DNA of 64,000 nt, taken from assembly GCA_964057225.1 (NCBI GenBank), contig OZ059900.1:6014001-6078000 (forward strand), in the 5' to 3' direction. This DNA is from Auanema rhodensis (lineage: Eukaryota > Animalia > Nematoda). Shown here piece by piece: positions 23,201 to 36,900 of the stretch. A program made the position numbers and the translations under genes. The notes under the pieces were generated by a model. The model had not been told where the DNA came from, ran no database searches, and worked only from the letters and a program-made list of their open reading frames with translations. Numbering within the stretch: position 1 is the first letter of the stretch; every line of letters begins with the position of its first letter.

Positions 23201-26200
23201 GCAATTAACTCTTGCAATAGGTGAAGCTAGTTGAAGAATTTATATGTATATATACCTACGTATAGGTCTATATTCGAAAAACAGTTATTGGGTATATTCC
23301 TATCATAATGGAAAATAGGCAAAAACGAGGTAATAATACGGAAAACTGTATTATCTTATCTATAGCATAGCCGCAAACTGGGCAATTTAACTGCGAAATA
23401 ATACGTGGATCATTTTTCATAGTCATTCAAAAATGTCGTAAATTTTCAAGCAAATGAAGAGAAAAAGAGGTGAACATGAAATTTCATCAATCCAACGGAA
23501 TTTTATTCAAAAATACATATAATGCAGTAACAATTGCCAAAACCGTATGCTATTTTATCTGTCTTTATACACTAGCTCATCCTCTATGTTCACATTGCTA
23601 TGACTTACTGGCTCTACGAGTACACCACCAATTACGTTAAAAGAGTTTTTTCAAAGTTTTTTTTAAGTTATACAAATACACGATGCACAAGAAAACAGCT
23701 TAAAGTTCAAAAATTACATTATATTCGCTGTTACTTTTCATGTTTTGAGGAAAGTTAATGATTGTATTCAAACTCTATATGCAAAATATTTTGTTATTTC
23801 TAATACATTTGAGAGATGATAGTTACTGATTATATTTAACAACTCTGACGCATGTATATGAATGAAATATTTATAAAAAATGCAAAAAGAACTCACATTA
23901 TGTAGTGTCCAAGCCATTTAGAACTTAAAATAAGCAATATCGAGAGCCAAGACCAGAACACATATCCACTGAAAAAAAATGAACAAAATTACTTTCTGCT
24001 TCATGCACATGGATAAAAGAATGAAAACGAAACAGAAAATGACACGATATATACATTTGAGAGGTAACGAAAAATATTGAGAAAGAAAGAGAACATGAGT
24101 AGCAAGAGCTATATGTAGAAATATACTCTAAAATGAGAAAAACGCCAAGAAAATTGATGAAAATGTGAGCTAAATTGAATGAAACTTTTTAATGAGTGAA
24201 CCAAAGATTAAAGTTAGAAAGATGCATTTTCTAAAAAAAAAGAGAAGAAAAGAGCACAGACAACAATTTACTGTAGAACTTGATAAAACTTTCTTCTGCG
24301 TGTATTTGTAAGGGGTGTGTGATGATAGAAATCTTTCTTGATAAAAATTGAAGAAACATGATTGGCAAACAGATAACTGATAGTTACTTTGACAATAGTG
24401 CAGTCTTTACTACAGAATTATGACGAGATCGGTTTGTAAGACAAAATGAAAATATTCCAAATATGGATTATAAAGGATAGATCGGAAGACTAGAAAGTGG
24501 AGAGTGATGATATATAATGTTGCGAATGAGTGCAACATAATAGGAAGAGCATTAACGAGAAGGAAATGAACTAAAAGCATAAAGGTAATGAGAAATAGCT
24601 AAATTTAGTTTTTATATGAAAATGAGCTACGCTATCGGCCTTGCTTAATGTACCAAAAAATAGCGAAAATTTGCTGTGAAATGAAAGCAGCGAGAAACTA
24701 AAGGAGACAGGAAGTTGGAGAGACAGAGAAGGCTGTGTGTGGAGGGTGGAAATGTGTGACATTGGATATTATGAATGATCAGACAGCTCTTGGAAAAGTC
24801 GGAAGTTTTACGTATGAAGAGAAAGCTAGAAACACATAAGAGCTAAATGAAACGATAGGAAATGTAGAAAGTTTTGGATAATAGTGTGAATAACGACCTT
24901 ATAGATGAGGTTCGAAATATGTGTGTCCCTTGTACTCTCACTTTTTTTTCATTTTATTTTCGTATTTCCATCTGTTAGTTTCTGTCATGTTCTCTTTTTT
25001 CGAAGTTTCAGCTCTCCAAATCACCCCCTCTTTCATCTTGCAAACTTGCTCCCCCTCTTTTACTCACTCTCTCTCTCTTTGTATGTTATATATGCATGTT
25101 TGTGAATGCGAGTACAGATGATAGACACAGAATTAAGAGAATGCTGTTGTTTTTTTGCACTTAAAGTTGGTTAAACCACACGATCTCACGAGTATTCATA
25201 CTTTTATACAATCTTTTGACTAACCATCAATCTATGTCTTTTGATGCTAAGATTGATAGCCAACTATATATACATCTAGAATGGGTTATTTGTATTAAAC
25301 AATAACGAATTCAAAAGTAAGTAGTATTGCTTGTGGATAACACATGCCCATGAACATGATAGAACTGAAGAGTTGTGAAATAGACATAGCAAATGAAGTG
25401 GAAAAGGAGCATCTACACATGTATGCTGTATTGGGACGAAGAAAGATAGCGGAAAAAAAACGAAGAAGTGAAAGACGTCAACGATATAGTTAGATAAAAC
25501 TGAAAAGAAAAAAATTCAAACGAGAAAGCATCAAGTGATAGAGCAAAGAATACAAGAGAGTAAGAAATATAGAGTGATGCGTTAGATAACTTGGACGCAA
25601 AAAAAGTTATATAACCATCGATCTATGTATTTTTTCAGTTCAATAACATTTGGTCCACAGGCAAATAAAAAATAAAAATGCAAATTAATTCCTGTTCTTC
25701 TCATTTTACCTCAATATGCGTGCCAGTCTTGTGGAACCTAAAAGAGAGTAAATGAGGAAAGTGATGTTAGAGCAAGTTGAAATAATTTGAACAAACGACA
25801 ATAAACCGACGCGAAAAAATGATGAAACAAGTAACAATAAGAGATTAAGATTAACATAAAATTTTATTTAATAATATAGTGATGTAGTCTTATCAACTAC
25901 TTCGAGGCGCATATTTGGCTACAAATGAATAACTCATACCGGAATGATGAGCACGAAGGAAATATATTGAAATGAGCCAATCAGATTTCATATCAAGTGA
26001 GGCGCGAATTTAAGTTGCAACAAAGTAAAATAAATATGAACAGCTAATTGTTGTTGAATGAAAGATTAGTCTAGAACTTTATTTTTCTAGACATTTAACA
26101 TTCATCACGCATAAAAATGTGAAGAACAGTTTGAGAGAAAGAGAGAAATAGTAAGAAATAAGCTTAGCATGGATAACAACGATATAAAGAAAAATGATGG

Positions 26201-28830
26201 CTATGAAAACGAACTTTCAAATTTTCAAGTTGGTAATGAAAGACAAAAGGAAATGTGAAAGAGCTGCAGAGACACTGAGGATTAAAATAGAAAATGCCAA
26301 GTGAAAAAAAGAAGAATTTGAGAGCATTTTAAGAGACTGGGAAAACGAAATAGAGCCAGAGTTGAACTGAAGTTGAAACAACTGAAGAACTTTTAACTTA
26401 CACCCTTTTCTGCAAAAAAAGTTTCTTATTCAATACTGTCTCGTTTGCAGAGTTATTGAGTCCTTTCTCAAGCTTATTTGAACTTTGTCTATCTCGTTCA
26501 TCGTCTAATAAAGTTTTAATTTTAATTTTCCAGCTATCTGATTCTTTTTTTATCGAAAAAAGAGAGAGCACGGGTAAAAATTGATCACAGACTAGATGTG
26601 TTAAACTAAGTGCATAATGAAAACCTGGCAAAGAAACATAAACATGTGTAGTGCAAAGTTTACTAAAATAAAATAGAAAATAGAACAACGGAGCGATTGT
26701 CTCAAAGAAGAATAAGGATTTCGAAATGATTTTTGAAAGTTTCTTTTCATTACATTGAAGCCAGTCGTTTGGATAACTCTTTAGATACCCACTTCCGCTT
26801 CCCATTTCTTCTTCTCATATTCCTCCTACTATTTCTGGAACTTTCTCTTCGTACTCAAGTCTTTTCCTATCTTGATGTAGCTTTAATCTTTTCAAGTTTA
26901 TCTTCTTTTCCGCTACTTGTATCATCTCTTCAATGACTCTCTTCCCGTATTATCGGTTTTGCTAGTCATCGTCTCCCATCCGTCATCAACAACTTTCCAC
27001 TACTGGTCAGCTTCCTTCCGCCATTCTCTCACACTTTAAACCATCTTGTTTCAAATTCTTTGCTCTTCTTGTTCGCTTATTCAGCATTTCTATAGCTTAA
27101 TCTCCCTCACTTTTCCTCATCTATGATATTTCTTGAACGCCCACTTCCTTCCTGCTACAGCCGCCTGACCTTCGTTATATGTCTCTAGAACTCGTCCTGC
27201 TTTTTGTGCCACTTTTCTCTTCCATTTCCTCCCTCATTCTGCGACTTACAGGGCATTCGTCTTTCGCATTGCTCTCTGCTTTTTCTTTTTCTCCTCATAT
27301 TTCTAACACTTCCTTTCACTTTCGTCATGTCAGTTACTTACTTCACTCCCACATGAACGCTAAAGATCTGTTCTCCAGCATGCCGACCAATGCTCTATAT
27401 ATCTTTCTCTCTCTACCTCTCAATCTCTTCTCGTTTTTTAGAATGCTCTCCGTCTCTATTCGTACCTTTTTTTCTCTCTTGTTCCAAATCTCTCTTCTCT
27501 CCTCATTAAACGCGAAACTCTCTTGAGTTCATATGTTCGCCTTATTTTGCCCCTGCGGCAATCTTCCTCATTTCTTTTGCTCTCAGTGTATATGTGTATA
27601 TCCTCACATGAACCACATTGAAAGCATCACTCTGGGCATCAAAGATCTAATCGACCAAACGTTATTCTGGCTTCAGGCTGTGAGCTTCTCACAAAGGCGT
27701 ATATTACTTTCAAAAGAAGAAAAAAAATAGAAAAAAGTAGTTAGATAGAAAGTTTGTTGCCACTTCCTTTCATCATTGAAATAGTCATTGAAATTCGAGA
27801 AGTACAATGAATTAATTAGCATAGAAAAGGAGAAAAGACTTCTGGAAAAAAAGGAGGAAAAAGCAACAGAAAAATACTAAGAATGACAAGTACGTACTTA
27901 TTTGCACAATGAAAAAGATTCAATACTTTTTGCATATCATTCACTATAAACAGCAATCAAGAATTAAGAAATTCAATGAATTTCCAAAACACCAAAAAGG
28001 TTGCTAGTTTATCAGCAACAAAAAAAAGCGAAATGAACAAAATAGGTGGCGTTAACATGACTTACTCCCATATGTTAAAGATCTCAAACATGGCAGACTT
28101 GGATGTCTCTACACCCTGAATGAAAAATAAGAAGAAATGTATATCCAACAGAACATTATGAAAAGAGGAAGAAATGCAACAACTGTGTAAAGCTTGATAG
28201 ATGTCTATAAGAAGAAACAAAACAACAAATAAGATAATGAACAAAAATGAGAAAAAGAACATGATATATGATATTCTATTCACATCATGTATACGTATAT
28301 AGCCTGATATTCGTAATACATGCTTGAAATAATGAAAAAAAGAAACAAAAAGAAAGAAATAAAAAGTTCAAAGATTTAAAGAAACAAAATAAGCAAAATG
28401 AATTAGAAAAGTATGTATATACAAGAAATTCTCAAATAATTAGTATTTTCACAGAAAAAAAAGTATAATACGAAACGGTTTAGCTTTGATAAATGTTTGA
28501 CGTAGTTAAAAAAGAGAACAACACTGAAGAAAAAATTATATGAAGCATAACTATTGTATAAAGCAGACAGTTGCTGCTAGTTATCAACGAAATGTATTCA
28601 AAAAAGAAAAAAAAAGAAAAAACCAATATGTATCTATGTGAGAAAATAAGAAAAAAAACGTAATAATGTGGCGTCTACTATATATATATATAAATAAGTA
28701 AGATTCTGAAATGGCATTAGCTGAACAATTAGTATGGCAACACAGGTTAATACACGCGTGGATTGAATATGACATATATATAATATATAATCTTATTATT
28801 AACTCATACTCAACAAGGCTCAAATTATAC

Positions 28831-28845
28831 CTCGGCGTGCAACAT
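28831..28845 (-). CDS. Candidate first coding exon (MLHAE) of the ETS gene
   Basis: ATG TTG CAC GCC GAG|GTATAA. The phase-0 donor is compatible with the phase-0 exon starting at 17276 (DNPALAC). A GC-richer block lies just upstream. Confidence 0.3.
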
Positions 28846-30800
28846 TCTTACGTCACAATGCCAGTTAATATTGCTTTCTGCTTTCTACTGCTCGCTTGTC
28901 AAGCTACGCTTACTCTACGATTTGATTTTACAATCGCACTGACGCAGTTTCAGAACATTGTGATAAGTGATGCCGCTGTTTGTTTACTTGATTGCAACGC
29001 CCAGGGCCAACTCGAATGTTGAGCGCTATCTTGACAATGACTAATGAAGAAAATGTTGAGCAGACAACCAAATTCGAGCTTTTTATTTCAATCATATGTT
29101 AATAAATAGAGGGAAATGAGAATTTGAACTATCTATGATCAACTAAAAATAGTGTATTGTCATTAGAAAAAAAAATACTCTAAGCGATTATGTTGAAAAT
29201 ATGGAAAAAGCCGACAAAAATCTGGAATAAATGGCTTGTTTCCTTTCACGTCGTCAAGCTGAAGGCACACTTTGTATTGCTCAGATGACTACACTTTTCT
29301 TAGGGTGCGCTTACATAAGACTACTATGCAAAATTGAAGAAAATTATTCAATTTTCAGTTTAAAAAACGAACGAAGACAATTCCTAGGAAAAAATAGGAA
29401 CATGGAAATAAAAAGAAACACCAATGAGCAAAAAAACAACCCTCGAAATGTGTCAAAGGTTCAAAAAACGATGATCAAACCTGTGGCAGATATTATAGAA
29501 CTTTTAAAGCGCACTTTTAGTTGTTTTTTGTTGCAAGCAACACTTTTGCTTTTCCCTTCAACCGGAAACATTGCCGTCATTCTACTCGAGGTTTAAGAAA
29601 AAAATGTTTAAACCACTTAGAAAATAATAAAATTTTTAAAATGTAGTGACTTATATGGCTTATGGCTATTAAGTCTTCTAACGACAAAACTTGCAGTATT
29701 GTTATATAGAGATCTTAGTAAATATGGGTTGCTAAGCCATTTTTGTGAATACGTTTGTATGATTGTTTTTCTGTTTTGAATATATAATGAGGAGACGGTG
29801 ATGTGAGAAAAGAAATAAAAGTAAAAGAAGTAACATGAAGTAAAAGAAAAGCTGCACAGCTCAACAAAAAATGAGAGAGGGAGAGAAAGAGAATAGAAAT
29901 AAAGAAGGAATGATAGAGAACTACCTTTTTTCTATTCCGTATTTAATTGCAAAGTGAATAACTACTATCACGCTTGACCACAAGTTGTATCTGTTTTTGA
30001 TACATATTTTTGATTCAAATAAAGAAACTGAAGACAATTACAATAGAATATATCAGAGAAAAAAAAGAAAAAAATTATGATTCTCTCAAATGATTCTGTT
30101 TTGTATGAAAAGGAAACAGTTAATAGGTATTTGCATAGCTATAGAGAAGACATTGTTATGAGTTATATTCAGATTCTTTCATTCATGAAATAGCTTAATT
30201 AGAGTATATGAGATGTTACATGACTGTTCGTTGTTTTTAGTTTTTTATGAAATAGAATGAAATCGTAAAACATCACACTGTCTCACACGTATAGCCATAT
30301 TGAAAATGTTGAAAAAAAAGAAAGAAGGAAAAGCAACATTAGAAAGAGGAAACTGAGGGAGTAAACGAGAAAAATAAAGAGTACGAAATGAAGAGAGTTA
30401 GAGAAAGAGCGTACGAGAAGCATGCAGACAACATGTGACTGAGATAAAAGTTTTAGAATAAAAAGTAAATCGGAATTCTGAATTTTGAATTAAACGGATG
30501 TGGAAACGACGAAACGAAAATGAAGAGGTCAAAAGGAATTTGAGAAAGCGAACGTAAAGTTGCGATATAATATATTAAAGAAAGCTCGATTAAGATAGAA
30601 ATTTTCTAAAAAAAATAACATTGAGCATATTATAAAGAGAGAAGAGATACACGTAAATAGCAATCAGTATAACATATACGCGGAAACTAAAATGACAATA
30701 ACAATGAAAAATGAATGAAATGAAGAAAGTTGAAAGCATACAACTGAGACTCAAAGTACATTTATTTTTATATGACCTATCATTTTCAGAAAAGAAAGGA

Positions 30801-30834
<34 letters not shown>

Positions 30835-30869
30835 ATATGTGTGCATATCTATATCTCTATCTATGAATG

Positions 30870-30900
<31 letters not shown>
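30801..30900. repeat. Compound (TA)n/(GT)n microsatellite
   Basis: Visible dinucleotide runs. Confidence 0.9.
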
Positions 30901-33900
30901 CGTTGATAAACTAGAAATAAAAAATATGAAGATGAAGATGAAGTAATCGAATATGTGAAATTGAATGAGTTGCAAAGATAAAAATTGAAGAGCTGAAAAA
31001 CGTTTGAGAAAGTGAGAGATACTCAAATATTTCAAGGAAGGGAAAAATGTTCAATGTCCATGTGAAAATTCTTTGTAATCAACTTTTAGAGTGATTTTTC
31101 AAATATATTCGTCACTTTTCTCATTTGTCGAAACAGGCGTTAGAAGTTCAATGCACGTCAAGAAACAAAAAGGTTTCAGTAAACTATTGTGAGTGAATGT
31201 ACACTAACAACACATATATACTAGTAGAAGTGAGTGGTGTGCAGACAAAATATTTATGAAATTGTGGAAGGAAAATAAGAAATTGCTAAAAAGACTTTGT
31301 TCCTCCTTTTTTGTGTTGAAAAGCGTGCACGTTGGCAAAGTTTTTCGTATGTTGTCAAGGTATTTAAGCTAACTTTTTTTTTCCATTCTGGAATGAGAAA
31401 AAACAGAAAAAAGCCAATGAAACGTATGCAAATTGTTGCTGATCATAAGACAAAGAAGGTTATTTGATTAACAAAATAGGATAAGCCATGCGTCTCAGAG
31501 ACAACCACACGGCTTCACGAAATGATCATTGTCATGGAGAGTGTTGTTGCCACCTTCTTAACTCATAATCGCGGATTGTTCCGTGTTTGGCAAGTGAGAG
31601 GGTGGGGGAAAACAAAAAAAACAGTTAGCTAATAAAACAACCCAATCGCTATAATGTTAAACATCACACATTGGAGATGTTATTACAAGATCTTGAAAAA
31701 TAGTGGGAGGGCAGAGAAGGTGAACAGATGATGTGACGAGGCGGACTTTGAGAAATGCAATAATGAAGAAGTATTTAGAGGAAGCTTAGAGTTTAGTAGA
31801 TTGTAATGAAGAGAAAAAGAGAGAGAGAGAAACAAAAAATAAGTTAAATGAGCAGCTTAGCTGGGATATGAGGATAGGGAATAGAAACTGACGAAGATAC
31901 GGACAGATTGAAAGGTAGTGAACGACAAGAAAGATAGAGAGAGAGAAAGAGAGAGAGAGAGCAAAAAGAGCAAGGATTTCAGTGAGGCAAAATGTGATCT
32001 GTGGTCAACGAACAAAAATTGGCAGGGTGAGGGAGAGATGGGAAAGGACAACAAATGAACATTGATCTCGAGGCACAACGGACTAAAGAGATGAAGAAGG
32101 CGAAGAGATAGACGGGAGTTAGAGGGAAAAGAGTTGAAACGAGGACTGGCTTTTTAGAAGGAAAGGATTCGTTAAATGGCAAAATATTCAAAGATCTGTT
32201 GAGTGTAGAAGGCTAAAGAAAGTTACCCAATGAAGCTGATGGAAAAAATATCAGGAAGATTGAGGAGATAGAGAAAGCGACAGACGAAAGAAAGAAAAGA
32301 TAAACTGCGACTGGAACGGAAGGAATAGAAGCAGTAGAAGGAAGAAATTGGACGGAATGACACACTTTTGCAGAAGATGTAATGGAAAGGAAGTCGGCTC
32401 AAAGAACTTATAAACTTGTATAAATACACCTCAAAGCAATGGAATGCGAGATATGAACAGGGACAGGCGTACTAGCAGGGACCAACAAATCGACATTAAA
32501 CGGAAATATAAGAGACTTGGTTACGGCAAGACGATTGAAATGCTAGAAACGGAAAAGGAAAAGAGGGGAGTCACATGGAATGCCTGTCAAATCAGGGAGG
32601 AAAAAAACAGACTAAAGAGAGAAATATAGAAAGGCGGATGTTGCAAGAAAATCAAACACGCTACTAGGTAAGCTGATTCAACTGACTTCTGATGACCAGG
32701 AAAGATCACTACTCCGCATGCATGCTTGCATAGTTGAATTCTAGCCACTATCTTTTGCATTTCATACAAAGAATATAGCTGAATAAAAAACCCAAACCAA
32801 TTCGTAGTTATTTCTTTCGTTCTTGTAAATTTTTGCGCCGATCTTAGAAATCGTAAAATATGTAAAATATTAACCAGTGACGTACAAGCATCTGCAGGTG
32901 GTAGAACAAGCAAATTAGAGAAACAGGCAAAATAATTTAAATGGATAATTGACAAACAGATTCAGATAAATATAAAGTACAACGTCGAATAAAACAATAT
33001 ATATTTAGAATAATTTTGCTTTGGGTTGTGTTAACTGAGCAATTATAATGTATAGATGATTATCAAGAGACTGATAAAAGAATAAAACTATTTTAATCAA
33101 AGAATTGAAATACATGAAACAATCTGTTTTTGAGAATATTCTCTTCATTTCAATTCAAACAGATATAAAACATTTTCCCAATTTTTTTTCAAATTCAATA
33201 TAATGCAACAATATTAAAAAAATCTGCCGTGCTAATCTTATTGATAATATAAGAAAACATAGTGAATACGACATACGACATGATGTCAAGCTGATTTCCG
33301 ATTTCCGATCGGTTAGAAAGAGTAAATGAGAGGGTATTTAAAGTGATGAGCTCAAGATAATAATTGTAAAATGAACAGTAGATCATAGCTGAGAGAATAA
33401 GAGTAAGATGCGCTTTTGACAGAACCTCATGACCAAAAAGCTAATCAGTTTTGTCTGTTTAACATTCTGACACTTTCTAGATGTTTCTGAGTTATACACA
33501 AGTTTCTCTTAAAATTATGCCAAAACTAGTATTCATCTTTAATTCTCGTTTATAGTAAGTTTATTAGTTTTCTTAAAAAATATGATAATAGTTGGGCCAA
33601 ACATATTTCCGTCTATAAACTAAGTAGTGTTAGTCAAGAAGAATATCAACCCTTACATGTTTAATTTGCAATTTCCGAATATTTAGAATTTTGTCAATAT
33701 TAGACTTTTATCTTAATGTTTATCCATTAATTCATAAAAGAAGAAAATAAGGGTAAGGAAAAATATCAAAAACATCTAGAGAAAGTTCTGATGTTACGAA
33801 TATTAAAACTTTTTTTACAAAAAAAATCAGAACTGTTCTTATAGCTAAGATAAAATATAATATTATTATATGATCGGCTATAAGAAAATGTTTTTCACTT

Positions 33901-36900
33901 CAGAAAAAGATTTTCAAGTTTTTAAAAGAGCTTAAATGAATAAGAGTGAGCAGAATTTGAAACGATTCTTAGGAAATGACTCTTTTAGTTTGATCACTGA
34001 TTCGCAAAAATACTGAGAAGGAATGATAAAAAACACATTTTTTCTCAGAAATGGACAAAGGTAAGACAGTGGCGAGTTGAGTAAGCGTTAATAAGAATGA
34101 AATATATCTCAACTACCTCCCTTGTTTACATCAAAAAATATCAGCTGCATAGTTATTGATTTCGAAACATAAATGAAACGAGCATTGAATATGCGTCAAT
34201 AGATAATAAACAGGTTGGCTGTTTTAACTCAATGATTTCTTTCTTAGAACACAGAATAAACTTCATACTTCTATTTTTTAGTTGCATATTCAAGTTTCAT
34301 GTGTGAGATTAATCATTTTCTCTGAAACTAAGACGAAATGACGAAATAAAAGAGATTAACTATATTCACGGCCAATTGGATTCCAAAAATCATTTTTGAT
34401 ACACTTTAGAATATTAAAATACTTCAAAGTTAGATTTCAACAAATTCTAATATGGATGTTGTTTACATGCACCCAACACCATGGGAACCACTTTTGAACA
34501 GAATTTTGCTTCTGAAATACAAAAAAAGGGTATAAAAGTACAAGAGAAACTCAGTGCTGAAATAAAGGAAAAGAATAAGAAGAGCAGAAAAGTTTGTAAA
34601 TTCAGCAAGCAGTCAAGTAGAGCAAAATCATGCGATTTAAATTGTGAAAAACTAAGTGGTTGAGAATGAGACAAATTTTATTGACCAAAATTTTGAGAAC
34701 ATTCGAGCAATACGTTCAACTGAAAAAAAAAGAAAAAAAATAGAAAAGAGAGAGAGAGAGAAAGAGAAAGAGAGAGAGCAAAAAGAGCAATGCACTTGAA
34801 TAGAAAATAACAAATTTTTGTTAAAAAACAGATGAGAACGAAAGAATCTGAGCACTACTACATCATCGTTATCTATGTTTACATGAATGCCATGTACTAA
34901 ACTAAACTATATCATCATAGAACATACACATGCATATATACATATATTTAAAGTACATAGCTTTCACTTTTTCATTCATTGCCAAATTGTTTTTCACACA
35001 TTCGTGCTTCTACATTCTCACCATCTTACTTTCTATTTTCTTTTTCTTACAATAACTCATTCATTCCTTTCATGATCTTGCTAATTTGCAAAAAAAAAGA
35101 AAAGAAGAAAAGAGTATTAAACATTGCAAATGCATCGAGTACGAAAAAAGACGGTTAAGTCTCATTCATATAACTTAATCGCATTATGAATCAACCGGTG
35201 TGAGCTCACAATGCCAGAAACAGCACTGAGCACAGAGAGAAAGCTGATCGTTGTTCCGTTGTTGAGACTGGCTCCCTGCCTAATCGGTTTGGAGATTTAT
35301 CCAATTTTTTGCTCAAAATATAAATTGCCTTTTTGCCCTTAATGGAATTGCCAACGTTATAATATCAACAGAAAACAGATAAAAATGAATATCTTATTCT
35401 CTATCTTTGAACTTTTCGAATAGAATGAAAGATATCTCGTATTAGAATGTCAAGTAGTTTCTTGTATATGCTAACTAGCTCATTTCTAGCTTTTCCGCTT
35501 CAACTATGAGCAGTAGTCTGCATAAAAAATGTTGGATCTGGTCGTCATTTTCTCTCGTTTTTTTCCATCAAAATGAAAGTTGAGTGCAAGTGTGTCCCTG
35601 TCTCTACATTAATCAGCATTATTTCTCCATCATGACTCTTTACCTTTAAACTTAAATCAACAACCTCTGTACTAGTATTAGCTTTTCATACTTTGGTATT
35701 AAGAGGGCATGCAGCAATTCGAATAAGTCAAAATGTGTTTTCTAATAGGAATCATATTGATAATGTAATTTATTGTTTGTGAGCAAGTCGCTGTGAGTTC
35801 AAATCCTAATTATTCAAATCTAACATAACAAGCTGAGGTCGACAGCCGCAGTAGTCGTCAATGCCAATAGCGGCAGCATGCAGCAGCAGTAGCAGCAAAA
35901 AAAGAAATAAAAATATAGAGGGAAAAGGTGAATTACAAGCGGATAGTAGAGAAAAGTATAGTCAGACTTTATGACAAACATCATTCAGACAAATCCATAA
36001 AAAGCATTGAACATTTGCAAGCGTTGAACTTTCATTTTCCGCAAATGCTCACAGCTAAACACAAAGAAGTTCAGAATTTGAAAGATTTGTTAGAGCATTG
36101 AAAATTTTCTAGAAAATGCTACCATCAGGTCAGAATGCGAAAGAAAAAGCATAATTGTATTTGTCGCGAACAAGAATGATGACAAGGACGAGAAAAGAAC
36201 AGCACAAGGCAAATGCAGCAGTATCCACCGCGATGAGAATATTGGACGAGAAGTCTAAGTAAATGGATAAAAAGAAAGCGATGATGCAAAAAAAAACTAA
36301 AACTAAACCAAGCAACAAATGGCTTAGAAGTTACAAGAGCTTCTGTTTTTTTCTCGCACAACTGTCTAAATATTCTATAGTCAGCTAATGCTATACATGT
36401 TTGTCTCGAGACAATTCTGATTTTAAAAGCTTTGATGTTCATCAATAGTTTAGTTGCAAACAGAATATTTACAAACTGTTATCAATTCAATTGAAAACGA
36501 AGAAAAAGAAGCGTAGCAAGGTAAAAATGCGGGAACAACATTGAGAGAACATAATGAGAAACAAGAAGTTGAAGCTGCAGAATTAGGCAAATAAGTACAA
36601 TTCTTGAAATTGTAGAAGAATGTTAATTGTGTTTGAAAAGGCTAGCATAATTGTATGTTCTAATTTCAAACTTTAATTCCATATTTGATTGGAAAAAAAG
36701 AAAGAAAGCAGCAGCTATTTTTTGAGACAATCGGATTAGATAGAAATTGAAACAATGTATGTATATTGAAAGAGGAGAAACGAAGAAAAAAATGTTTGAT
36801 CACCTCCATCATTGCATAACATCATAAATTATCGAATAATAACAAACACTAGTTATACTTTATTATTAATTTATTATTGTTATTTATGAAGCAACCAGTT

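Noticed and set aside
18600-32400. GGAAGT ETS-binding motifs suggesting autoregulation
   Set aside because: The handful seen is about what base composition predicts for a region this long.
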